Below are positions 26,786 to 36,987 of a stretch of 64,000 bases of DNA, piece by piece. The translations under genes were made by a program, and so were the position numbers. Numbering within the stretch: position 1 is the first letter of the stretch; the number at the start of each line of letters is the position of its first letter. Origin of the DNA: Amphiscolops sp. MND2022 (taxonomy: Eukaryota). The stretch is from NCBI GenBank assembly GCA_964187785.1, contig OZ076409.1:53694001-53758000 (forward strand), read 5' to 3'. A model generated the notes under the pieces. The model made no database searches and was not told where the DNA came from. It worked only from the letters and a program-made list of their open reading frames with translations.

Positions 26786-27288
26786 GGGCACGGTAATAAG
26801 TTCGAACGCATAAGTTCGAATTTTATTTTCGAATGGACTAAATTCGAATTTTCTAAAAACCGGAACAAGTTCGAATCACTGTGTTCGAATTTTGAACAAA
26901 CGGCCGTAAGTATAAAACGTACCTCTGATATTTCCCCAATTCATCTAGTGCCCCGCGGCCCCTTGGGGCCGCTTATGTTCCCATCTTGCTAAGCGAGGTC
27001 GAACAGGAGCAAAGACTTAGCGGGAACGGAGATCGCGAAGCGATCGTAGTGGGAGCTGGTCTTTGTGACGGTGAGGGCGAGCCTGCATACACCGGATTTG
27101 CCCCACATTAGAAAAGAAAAGTATTGAAAACTTTCTGAGACATTTACGAAAGGTAATATTTTATTCTTGACACACCGGATATGCCCGATATGAAAATTCG
27201 AACTTGGTGTCTCGAAACCATTCCTATTCGAACTTATTCCACTAGTTCACATTCGAACTTAGTAAATCGAACTTATTGCCCGAAGCCC
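26786..27288 (+). mobile_element. MITE, GGG..CCC ends, gttcgaa sub-repeats, core A
   Basis: TIR gggcacggtaataagttcg / cgaacttattgcccgaagccc; TSD gatcaaca/gatcaacg. Confidence 0.85.
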
Positions 27289-27364
27289 GATCAACGAGGT
27301 GGCAGCTTTTTGAAGCAACGAATTTCAATGGCTCTTCAGATCGGCAATGCGGCCTATGTTCTAG

Positions 27365-27893
27365 GGGAGTGTACGCCTTTGATCTAATTCATTAGGTCTA
27401 ATGGAATTAGATCTAACTTTCAGATCTAATTTAGATCTAACTTTACGTCTAACTTTCAGATCTAATTATATCTAAAATACTTAGGTCTAACCCCTTTATG
27501 ATCTAATATGTGTTCTGAAAGCCAAAATATAATGTGAGACATATGCGATGTTTGCACGGTCGCCCTCACCGTAGCAAAGACCAGCTCCCACTTCGATCGC
27601 TTCGCGATCTCCGTTCCAGCTAGGTCTTTGCTCCTGTTCGACTTCGCTTAGCAAGATGGGAGTATAAGCAGCCCCAAGGGGCCGCGGGGCACCAGAGGAA
27701 ATAGGGACATATCCGAGGCACGTTTTATACTTTATATCACTTTATAGTTTTAGATCCTCATTGATTTATTGTTTTTTTCAAATTAGATCAAATTAGAAGA
27801 GATTTTTAGACCTGAATATTTAGATCAATTTATTTAGATCTCAGTTTTGCCCCCTCTCTTAGATCTATTTCATTAGACCTGATTCCACGCACC
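27365..27893 (-). mobile_element. MITE, gatcta sub-repeats, core A (reverse)
   Basis: TSD tgttctag/tgttctgg; gatctaa repeats on the left and ttagatc repeats on the right. Confidence 0.8.
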
Positions 27894-28762
27894 TGTTCTG
27901 GGAACTGTGAAGAAATTTCTTACATATATCTAATTTTTTTGACCTTTATATCAAAGCAGCTATAAAAAAATACACCGGTCGACTGCATAGTGGCTGGTTT
28001 GAGTAGTTTGTTGGTTGTTTTTTTTTGTTACTGGCCTACTGGTATAGTGGCTGGTATGGGGTTCCCTACTTTCGTTGCAGACCACGGGTGTGTGTCTTCT
28101 CCCCCCAACATGATGATACACATGGCACTTAATTGATGACGAAAATCCTTGATATCTGATAGAGATAAAAGAAAGAAGAAAAAAAATTACATGCCTTAGT
28201 CAGCAAAGCTTATATACCCCCATTCCCCCGCTGGAAGGAAGCGGAGCGCTGTGCCAAGATTGGTCCAGCGGCTGAGTTCGACAACGTTTGACCTGAAGCG
28301 CCGCGGAAAAAGGAAGACCATGTCATACAACCATTATTTCCGATATTGCATTAAGTGGAAGAATTCCGCCAAGAGCAAATCTCTCGAGGACCACAAAAAA
28401 TACAAAGCTTTCAGAAACTAGTTGAGAAAAGAGCCAGGAGACTTGCTGAAGAGAAGGAACAGGAAACAACAGAGAGTAGTTATTGAAACCCCAAGACTTC
28501 TGTGCAACTTCAATTCGTCGAACATTCAAATCGTCGAAAAATGAGGGTGGCTGTAAATAGGTCGAATTTTTCTGGTGGTCGAAAGGACAGAGGTCGAACC
28601 TTTTGATCGAATTGCAGGGATCGAATGGAATGCGGTCGAATTTTATCGTATTTGTTGTATGGCTCGGTCGCTTCGCTCCCTTCGCCAAGTAGCAACATTG
28701 AGGCATGGCCATATGGCACGTCGCTCCGCTTCGCTTCGCTCCTGCATTCAGGGCACTAGGGG

Positions 28763-28979
28763 TGTTGAGAACTATTTCTTTTTCATTTTTATCTTCCTGT
28801 TTTGATTTAACTTTTCATGTTGACTTCTCACTTTTACTTCTTTTTGCCGCTTTGACTTTTTTCATTGTTTTTGTTTGACTTCTAACTTCAATACAAGTAT
28901 CCTACGTCTAGAAAGTTTTGCTATCTAAGCAATAGCATACAAAGAACAACTGTCTTTGCCACAGTTTTTAGAAGAAACA
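28763..28979 (+). repeat. 5' LTR (217 bp)
   Basis: tgttgagaac...agaagaaaca; ~7 substitutions versus the 3' LTR by eye. Confidence 0.95.
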
Positions 28980-28980
28980 T

Positions 28981-29001
28981 TGGTGACCCTGCGACGTGAT
29001 T
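28981..29001 (+). promoter_or_regulatory. Primer-binding site, tRNA-Trp-like
   Basis: tggtgaccctgcgacgtgat versus canonical Trp PBS tggtgaccccgacgtgat (2-nt insertion). Confidence 0.7.
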
Positions 29002-29057
29002 TTCATGGTTAGACCGTTTCAATTTCTTTTTGCTGCGGAGAAGAACCTTGATTATCC

Positions 29058-29664
29058 ATGGTACGAAGAAGTGTCTTTTTGAAGAACGATTCTCAAAATC
29101 TAATCCTGTCAGATTCTTTACTTAAAAACTTCGAAACTATCTCTTTTGATGTGTTATCTGTCCCAGGAGCTCGCCCTGTAGATATTTGGGATTTTTTACC
29201 GCCTTGCAACAAGTATAAAAAGATTGTGTTATTTCTAGGAGGTAACGAACGCTCTAGAAAATTTTACCTCAAAAGGTGGAATTTTTCGATCAGCACAAGA
29301 ACCCGCTGAAGTTGCTGTTGAAATCTGCGATCTTGCGCAAGCTCTCATTTTACGTGCTGCAGAAGTTTTTATTGTTGCTGTGCCTCCTAGGGGAACTGTT
29401 GAGATACAAAATAAAGTACTGGAAATGAACGCAGAACTCAATTTATATTGTAGATACTACTACCAAAGGATTACTTTCGTTGGTATATCTCATTATCTTT
29501 ACGATTTAAAACATATTTCTAAAGATCTCTGTCATTTGGAAAAAGGAGCCTTCGCTAAGGTTCATAAGCTTCTCAACGAAAAAGTTCTGAAGACAAAATT
29601 CAAAGTTCTTTCCCCGAAGAAGTTCCCTACTCTCCCAAAAGTTTACTTCACCTCGCCATTTTAA
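29058..29664 (+). pseudogene. SGNH/GDSL hydrolase-like ORF inside the BEL element, frameshifted by a 4-bp duplication
   Basis: LILSDSLL (block I), SVPGAR (II), IVLFLGGN (III), VFIVAVPPR, SKDLCHL (DxxH, V). aacg is duplicated at 29244-29251. Confidence 0.75.
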
Positions 29665-29817
29665 TTGAAAGGTACTCGCATTTTACTCCTTCTGTGCGTT
29701 AGGCGACCTGCCTGAAAGGGGCTGTGTTCACTCGAATTATTCATAGCTCATTAAAATCTGTTTGTTACTTTGAGTGTCCTGCCTGCAAAGGGCTGAGCAC
29801 ACTCAATTAATCTTGTA

Positions 29818-32800
29818 ATGTCTACGGCTGATACTTCGAAAAGACAAATCGCCTCGAGAAAGGCTCACATGGGTATTGTTACCCGCAAAAGGAATGAATT
29901 TGACTCCATAACGGTTAAATCCATCGATGATGTAACATCTGAAGACAAAATTTTGGTAGAAGCTGCTCTTGAATCACTCCTGGAGAAATCTAAAATACTC
30001 GATCAGATTAACTTAGAATTTTTGAATGATACAGAAAACACTGAGGAAGCGTTAGAGGCAGAATTAGTTATTCAAGATGAAAATAGTACTAAATTGAAGG
30101 GTCTGATAAAATCCATGCAAAAATGGATCTCGGAACATACCGTAGATGCCACAGATGATGAAACGTCTTCGATTAGTTCCTCTCACCCTAGTCATCGAGA
30201 GAACAATGTCCGTTTACCAAGAATTGAGCTACCGACATTTGATGGACAATACAAAGACTGGAAAACTTTCTTTGACATGTTCAAAGGGACAGTCCATAAT
30301 CAACCTACTCTACCAAAAGTTCAAAAACTCTATTACTTGAAAGGCGAAGCCAAGCGCGTACTGGCACATTTGCCAACTACTGAGGCTAATTACGACGTAG
30401 CTCGGAATTTTCTTCAAGATCGATACGACAATCAGTTTCTCATTACAAAAGCTCACCTGAGCAAGATTTTCAAAATTGATCCAATGAAGAAAGAATGTCG
30501 GGATAGTCTTGGGAAGCTCATTGGCGTTTTCAATGAAAATGAGATGGCTTTAAATGCTTTGGGCATTGATACGAAAGCTTCTGATTTCATATGGATCCAT
30601 GTTTTGTCCGAAAAACTTGATTCGGAAACTGCTAAAGAGTGGCAACTTACGAACGTTGACGGCAAGTTGCAAAGTATGGACTCATTGAGAAAATTTCTTG
30701 AACTTCGAGCCAGAGCTCTTGAAGCTTCTGGTGGAACATCTGAACAAAAACGAGAACCGATGAAAGAAAATAGAAACGGGAATGAGAAACCGGATGATGC
30801 TTTCCAGAGTTACCAGTCAACGTCTGTTTCTTGTGCTTTCTGTAAACATTCGCACCGGATATATGTCTGTTCTAAATTGTTAGCATTACCTGTTGCGGAA
30901 AAGTATGAGCAAATCAAAAAACTTAGATTGTGTTTCAATTGTTTGAAAGATGGTCACGGCATCAAAGCTTGCAAGTCAAAGTCCTCATGTCAGAAATGCA
31001 AAAAGAAGCATCATAGTTTACTACATCGCGATGAGTTCAATTCTCCCAAGTTCAGTAGCAATGGCGTCACCTCTGATGAACCCAATTTCATTGGATATCA
31101 AGGGGAAGCAAACTATACTACTTTGTTACCTACTGCCATTGTGTCCGTTGTCAACTCGCATAACGAACTTGTACAATGCCGCGCCTTGTTAGATTGCGGC
31201 TCGCAACTTAGTTTCGTTACACAACGTTTAGCGAAGCAACTTAACCTGAACCAAACGAAAGTGCAGTTGAATCTGAGTGGAATTGGTGGAAAGGTAAATG
31301 ATGTAAAAGCTGGTCGTCTTGATCTAGTTTTGAAAGCAAATTCTAAGCAAGTGAATGTGTCAGCTTTTGTTTTGAAGCAGCTAACTAATTGTATTCCAAG
31401 CAGATCTGTTGTGGTCTCTGACATTCCTGATCGATTTCCATTGGTTGATCCAGACTTTCACCTTGCCAAATCAATTGATATCATTCTCGGTGCAGATGTC
31501 TACCAAGAGTTGATTGAAAATCAACGTGAGGAATTGTCGCCCGGATTGTTCTTGAGGAAGACTATCTTTGGTTGGATAATTCTCGGCAAGCAACCAGGAA
31601 AAACTGACGGGCTTGCTCTTTGTCATTTTTCTCTCGACGAAACTGTCCGAAAATTTTGGGAGATCAAAAGTTTACCCCAATCAAAATTGCTAAGCGATGA
31701 AGAAAATGCTTGTGAAGAACACTTCAAAGAAACAACAACAGTCGTTGATAATCGTTTCGTAGTGAAATTGCCCTTCAAAAAAGATGTTGATTTAGGTGAT
31801 AGTTTCGCCCAAGCTAAGCAACGCTTTGACTCACTAGAACGCCGTTTGAACAGAGATCCTAATCTCAGACAAAAATATGCTGCTTTCATTAATGAATGCC
31901 TTGCTCTTGACCATATGGAAATCATACCAGAAAGTGAAATTGTCAAACCCCCCAATGAAGTTTATTATCTGGCACATCACTGCGTATTCAAAGAGGATTC
32001 CACCAACAACCAAATTAAGGGTAGTCTTCGATGGTTCGGCTAAGACCTCTAATGGCATTTCACTGAATGACATTTTGATGATAGGACCTGTCGTCCAAAA
32101 TGATTTATTCACCATTCTAAATCGATTCCGTTTTCAAGTGATCGCACTGTCGGCGGACATGGCCAAAATGTATAGACAAGTGGAACTTGATAAACATGAT
32201 CAAGACTTCCATCGCCTTCTTTGGCGAAACACGAAAGAAGACGTCATTCAACACTTGCGAATGAAACGAGTAACATATGGAATCTCGTCTTCTGCGTTTC
32301 ATTCGACTCGATGCTTGAAAGAAATTGCAACCCGGACTGAGCTGCCTGCAGTGGCTGATGCTCTCAATTAATGCTTTTATGTGGATGATTTCCTGGGCGG
32401 TGCCAATAGTATTACCGAAGCACGGCAAATTGTTAAAGACTTGTGTCAACAGTTGTCTGATTTCGGTTTCGAACTGCGGAAGTGGACTTCCAGTCACCCA
32501 GAGCTCACTGCGGAGCTGCCACTTGAGCTAAGGGGAACGTCCGACCAACTTGAACTTTTTTCCAAAGAGTACAAAACCAAAGCTCTTGGTATATGTTGGA
32601 AACCTAATGCGGACACTTTCGTTTTTTCGATTGAATTGTTTCATATCGAGCAACACACTAAGCGTGCTCTTTTATCTGATTCCTCCAAAGTCTTCGATCC
32701 TATGGGTTGGATTGGACCTGTCATCATTGTTTTCAAGTGTCTAATACAGCAAACTTGGGTTGAAGGTCTCTCTTGGGACGAGGAACTTCCCATTCCAATT

Positions 32801-34912
32801 ACCAAACGATGGATTGAGTTGCGCGAAGAATTAAAACTCTTGAATGATCTCGAAATCCCCCGCTGTGTTATTCCAACAACTGAACATGAAAAGCATTTGC
32901 ACGTTTTCTGCGATGCCTCCGAAAAAGCTTATGCTGCAGTTGTTTATGTGCGTACTGAGACCACTGACGGTGGTGTACAGGTTTGGCTGTTGACTTCTAA
33001 AACGCGAGTAGCACCGGTGAAGCAGTTATCAATGCCACGCCTTGAACTTTGCGCTGCTCAATTGGGCGCAAACCTGGTACATAACTTGAGTGTTTCTCTC
33101 CAAATTCACAACGTTTTTGCGTGGACTGATAATACTATTGTTCTCAGTTTTCTCTCAAAGTTACCGAGAACTTGGAACACCTTCGTCGCGAATCGTGTCT
33201 CCAATATACAAGAAGTTTTGCCCCGTAAGCACTGGGACCATGTTCCAACCGATGAAAATCCAGCTGATATAGTTTCTCGAGGAACAACTGTTTCTCATTT
33301 ATTGCCAAAAAATTTATGGTGGAGAGGCCCGTCGTGGTTATCAACAAAGAAACAAAACTGGCCGCACTTCAAACCTACAAGTGAAGAAGTTCCAGAAAAA
33401 CGTGAATTTAAACAAATTCTCACAGTATCCGTTGCTTCACCTATCATTGAGATAGATCGTTTCTCATCCTTCTCTAAGTTATGTCGAGTTTTTGCTATGG
33501 TAAAACGATTTGTAGCAGCTTTGAAGAAAAACCGTGACAATCTCCAGCTACCGATAACTTCTCTCGAACTTTCAGATGCTAAACACAGTTTAATTTCGCT
33601 CGAGCAAAATCGGTTCTTCAAAGAAGAACTAAAACTCTTGAAAGATGAACAACAGCTGTCGAAATCGTCAAATTTGCGGAATCTTTGTCCTTTTTATGAC
33701 CCAGATTACAATGCCCTTATAGTCGGAGGTCGTTTGGGCAATTCAAGCTATCATGAACTGAAGAAATTTTCATTTTTGATCCCTACGAACTCACATTTGG
33801 CTCCATTACTTGTTCGCCATTTTCATGAAGAGACACTTCATGGTGGGGGGCAAATGACTCAAGCTGCTCTCAGGGAGCATTTTTGGATAGTAGGAGTGAA
33901 ACCCTTGATAAATGAAACAATCCAGAATTGTTTAAAATGTTGTCGCTATTCATTGAAGGCTCCCTTTCAACTTACGGCCGATTTACCTGCCGAACGCGTT
34001 ACACCAGCCAGGCCTTTTTCGCTTTGTGGGCTTGACTTCGCTGGGCCTTTTATAACCAAATTGCCTGAATGTGAAGGTCAAAAAAGGTACATTGCCTTAT
34101 TTGTGTGTTTCGTCACGAAGGCAGTACATCTTGAACTCGTTTCGAGTTTGACTAAAGAAGCATGTATTATGGCTTTGAAACGATTTGCATCTAGACGCGG
34201 CACACCCACTAAATTATTCGGCGATAATGGCTTGAACTTCATCGGTGCCAGAAATGAACTTTTGAAACTCGAAGAGATTCTGGCCAGCCGTGATGAGGAA
34301 TCAGTCTTTGCATATGCCAACCAAAAAGGTTCACAATGGATTGTAATCCCGCCTCGAGCACCACACTTTGGTGGATTATGGGAAGCGGGAATCAAGAGTA
34401 TGAAAAGGCATTTGCGTCGTGTTGTCGGGCAACAGAAACTAACTAATGAAGAGTTTTTGACTGTTTTGCATCAGGTAGAAGCTGTTATGAACTCAAGACC
34501 GTTGACACCGTTATCATCGAATCCAAACGATCTAACACCCTTATCACCCGCTCACTTCCTAATTGGTGGACCATTTTCACCGCAGGAGATGAACGACCAG
34601 CAATGTACGTCGCGAACACGTTTCCGATTAATCCAGCAGATTCAAAAGGATTTTTGGGATGCTTGGAAGCGTGATTATCTCACAATACTCCAAGTGCGAA
34701 AGAAATGGTTTACCAATGGACCTGAAATCAAATGTGGCGATCTGGTCCTTCTCGCGGAAGATAACCTTAAACCCCTACAATGGAAGACAGGCCGTGTTGT
34801 AGAAGTATATGCAGGCAATGATAGTGTCAAAAGAGTTGTGAAAGTTAAAACATCAGCCGGAGATATAATACGACCCGTCGTGAAGCTCAGAAAGCTTCCA
34901 ATTGAACAATGA
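29818..34912 (+). pseudogene. BEL/Pao gag-pol polyprotein (one frameshift ~32003, stop 32369-32371)
   Basis: RLPRIELPTFDG, Cys/His knuckles, ALLDCGSQ protease, KLRVVFDGS, YVDD, HVFCDASEKAY, HHCC, GLDFAGP, APHFGGLWEA. Confidence 0.95.
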
Positions 34913-34974
34913 TTTTCATCTTTTCTGTGGTGCATAAATTGATTATAAAGATTTATAGATCAAGGGGTGCGGTA

Positions 34975-35708
34975 TGTTGAGAACTATTTCTTTTTCAATT
35001 ATATCTTCATGTTTTGATTTAACTTTTCATGTTGACGTCTCACTTTTACTTCTTTTTGCCGCTTTGACTTTTTTCTTTGTTTTTGTTTGACTTCTAACTT
35101 CAATACAAGTATCCTACGTCTAGAAAGTTTTGCTATCTAAGCAATAGCATACAAAAGCGGGTTCCGGACGTTTCGGCACAAGACGTTTCGGCAACAAAAT
35201 GGCGGAAGACGTTTCGGCAACTTTTTGTTGCCGAAACGTCTTTGGTGCCGAAACGTCTTCACAGCAGGTGAAAGACGTTTCGGCAACAAATTTCCAGTAC
35301 TTTCCCCTTCTAATGTGGGGGCATATTCGGTGTATGCACGCTCGCCCTCACCGTCGCAAAGACCAGCTCCCACTACGATCGCTTCGCGATCTCCGTTTCC
35401 GCTAGGTCTTTGCTCCTGTTCGACCTCGCTTAGCAAGATGGGAATATAAGCGGCCCCAAGGGGCCGCGGGGCACTAGAGGAAATGGGGACATATATGGGG
35501 CACGTTTCATACTAAAGAAAACTACAGATTATTCTTCTTGTTGCCGAAACGTCTTTGGTGCCGAAACGTCTTCACAGCAGGTGAAAGACGTTTCGGCAAC
35601 ATTTTGTTGCCGAAACGTCTTCCGCCATCTTGTTGCCGAAACGTCTTGTGCCGAAACGTCTTGTTCCCCAAAGAGCAACTGTCTTTGCCACAGTATTTAG
35701 AAGAAACA
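34975..35708 (+). repeat. 3' LTR interrupted by a MITE
   Basis: LTR halves at 34975-35158 and 35669-35708. Confidence 0.93.
35159..35668 (-). mobile_element. MITE, gacgtttcggca sub-repeats, core A (reverse)
   Basis: Long imperfect TIRs; GGG..CCC ends; TSD caaaagc/caaagagc; the 5' LTR shows the empty site. Confidence 0.85.
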
Positions 35709-36399
35709 AGGGGTATGTGAACATATCTGACTACGTTATAAAAATTTCGATCCGAGTTGTTTCGATCCCATTCAAAAAATTTGGTATGTCGACCTGAGGA
35801 CTAACTCTGATTTTCGATCCCGTTCCTTCGACCTACTTCCGCCCACCCGAAAAATGAAAAGCTATTCAATGCGTCGAAAGTATTCCATATCAGCGAATAT
35901 TTTCATTTGGTTATATTTAGTGGCGATCAGCATATTTGTTGTATGGCTCGGTCGCTTCGCTCCCTTCGCCAAGTAGCAACATTGAGGCATGGTCATATGG
36001 CGCTTCGCTTCGCTCCTGCATTTAGGGCACTGGGAGTATGTGAAAATAGCTGACTACGTTATCGTAATTTTGAATGCTCGAATTTGATTGGCCGAAATCA
36101 ATTCATTCCATTACGTCATACCATGCTTGCTAAAGTTATACGTGTTCGACGAATTGAATGTTCGACGAATTGAACAGTCCCCCTTTTGGAGCTATGTCAG
36201 TCAAAACGAAACGACGAAGTGAGTAAGTTCTGGCAATAAGAAAATTGCTTTTTCACGGAAACGGACTCGAGAAAGCAAAAGAATGGCTATTTTCTCACAA
36301 TCATGTCGAGCTTGGGTTGTTAGTTTTCAAGTTAGAACTACCGACCCTATATTTTCAAAAAAAGAGGTGGATTTATTGAAGTGTACACGGTACTCAATA

Positions 36400-36650
36400 T
36401 AAAATATGACAAAAGTTACTGGAGTCATGCGGAAAAAAAGGGTAACGAGAGGAAACCATCGGAAACTTGTGCAACTATCAGGAACATCGACCAGCAAAAA
36501 GTTTTTCACTGTACGAGCAGCAGTTGACTGTGACAACCTGCCCGATGAAGTCATGTCGGCGGAAACTTTTGACGTTTCCAAAGCGAAATTGGACAAAACT
36601 TGGAATAATTTGAAATATGAACTGACGATGAAAAGGGAACCGAAGTAGCA
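36400..36650 (+). pseudogene. CR1/L2-like LINE 3' tail fragment
   Basis: TRGNHRKL..FFTVRA..NLPDEVMSA..KAKLDKTW. Confidence 0.65.
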
Positions 36651-36987
36651 ATGAGCCAGTCGGCAGATACTTCGGCCTAAGATTGTGAAACTTCCATTCT
36701 GTACGATATCGTCTGTTATAACGCTGAAATGCAGTAAATTGATTTCAGCTGTTTGAGACTTTTTTCTATATTCGGCTGTATGAATTGTCATCCGGACTTG
36801 CTGCGCGGTACTAATAATGTGCTAATAGTGGGTAGTTTTGTCGGTCTACTAGAACAATGGCTAGAATGTATAGTGAGTCTGTTGTTTTGCATTTTTCGTT
36901 TTGCAGCCGTGAGTGTGCGCCATACCTCTCCAACTCACATGACACCCGATTAAAGGCGACGATCTATGTCATCTGTGTCAATTTTAG

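Larger units (their letters stand above)
26660..27975 (+). pseudogene. Short CRE-like 3' fragment split by two MITEs, ending in an A-rich tail
   Basis: Rejoined: GSLGESSEIFITRLCKMLCRSHDDQRGGSFLKQRISMALQIGNAAYVLGT. Confidence 0.75.
28763..35708 (+). mobile_element. Full-length BEL/Pao LTR retrotransposon
   Basis: TG..CA LTRs, 5-bp TSD agggg (28758-28762 and 35709-35713), PBS, PPT aaggggtgcggta, gag-PR-RT-RH-IN order. Confidence 0.95.
28502..36181. mobile_element. MITE with ttcaattcgtcgaac terminal repeats (core B), host of the BEL insertion
   Basis: ttcaattcgtcgaacattcaa (28509) is inverted at gttcgacgaattgaa (36144-36174). Core B is continuous across the BEL TSD. No clean TSD seen. Confidence 0.6.

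Noticed and set aside
29700..29812. Self-cleaving ribozyme
   Set aside because: Neither the hammerhead core (CTGATGA..GAAA) nor HDV pairing could be assembled.
32003..32371. Programmed frameshift or readthrough in BEL pol
   Set aside because: Both lesions fall inside RT with no slippery site, and BEL elements use a single ORF; read as mutations or sequence errors.
35161..35665. CRISPR-like short repeats (gacgtttcggca)
   Set aside because: Inverted sub-terminal MITE repeats without unique spacers, in eukaryotic DNA with no cas genes.
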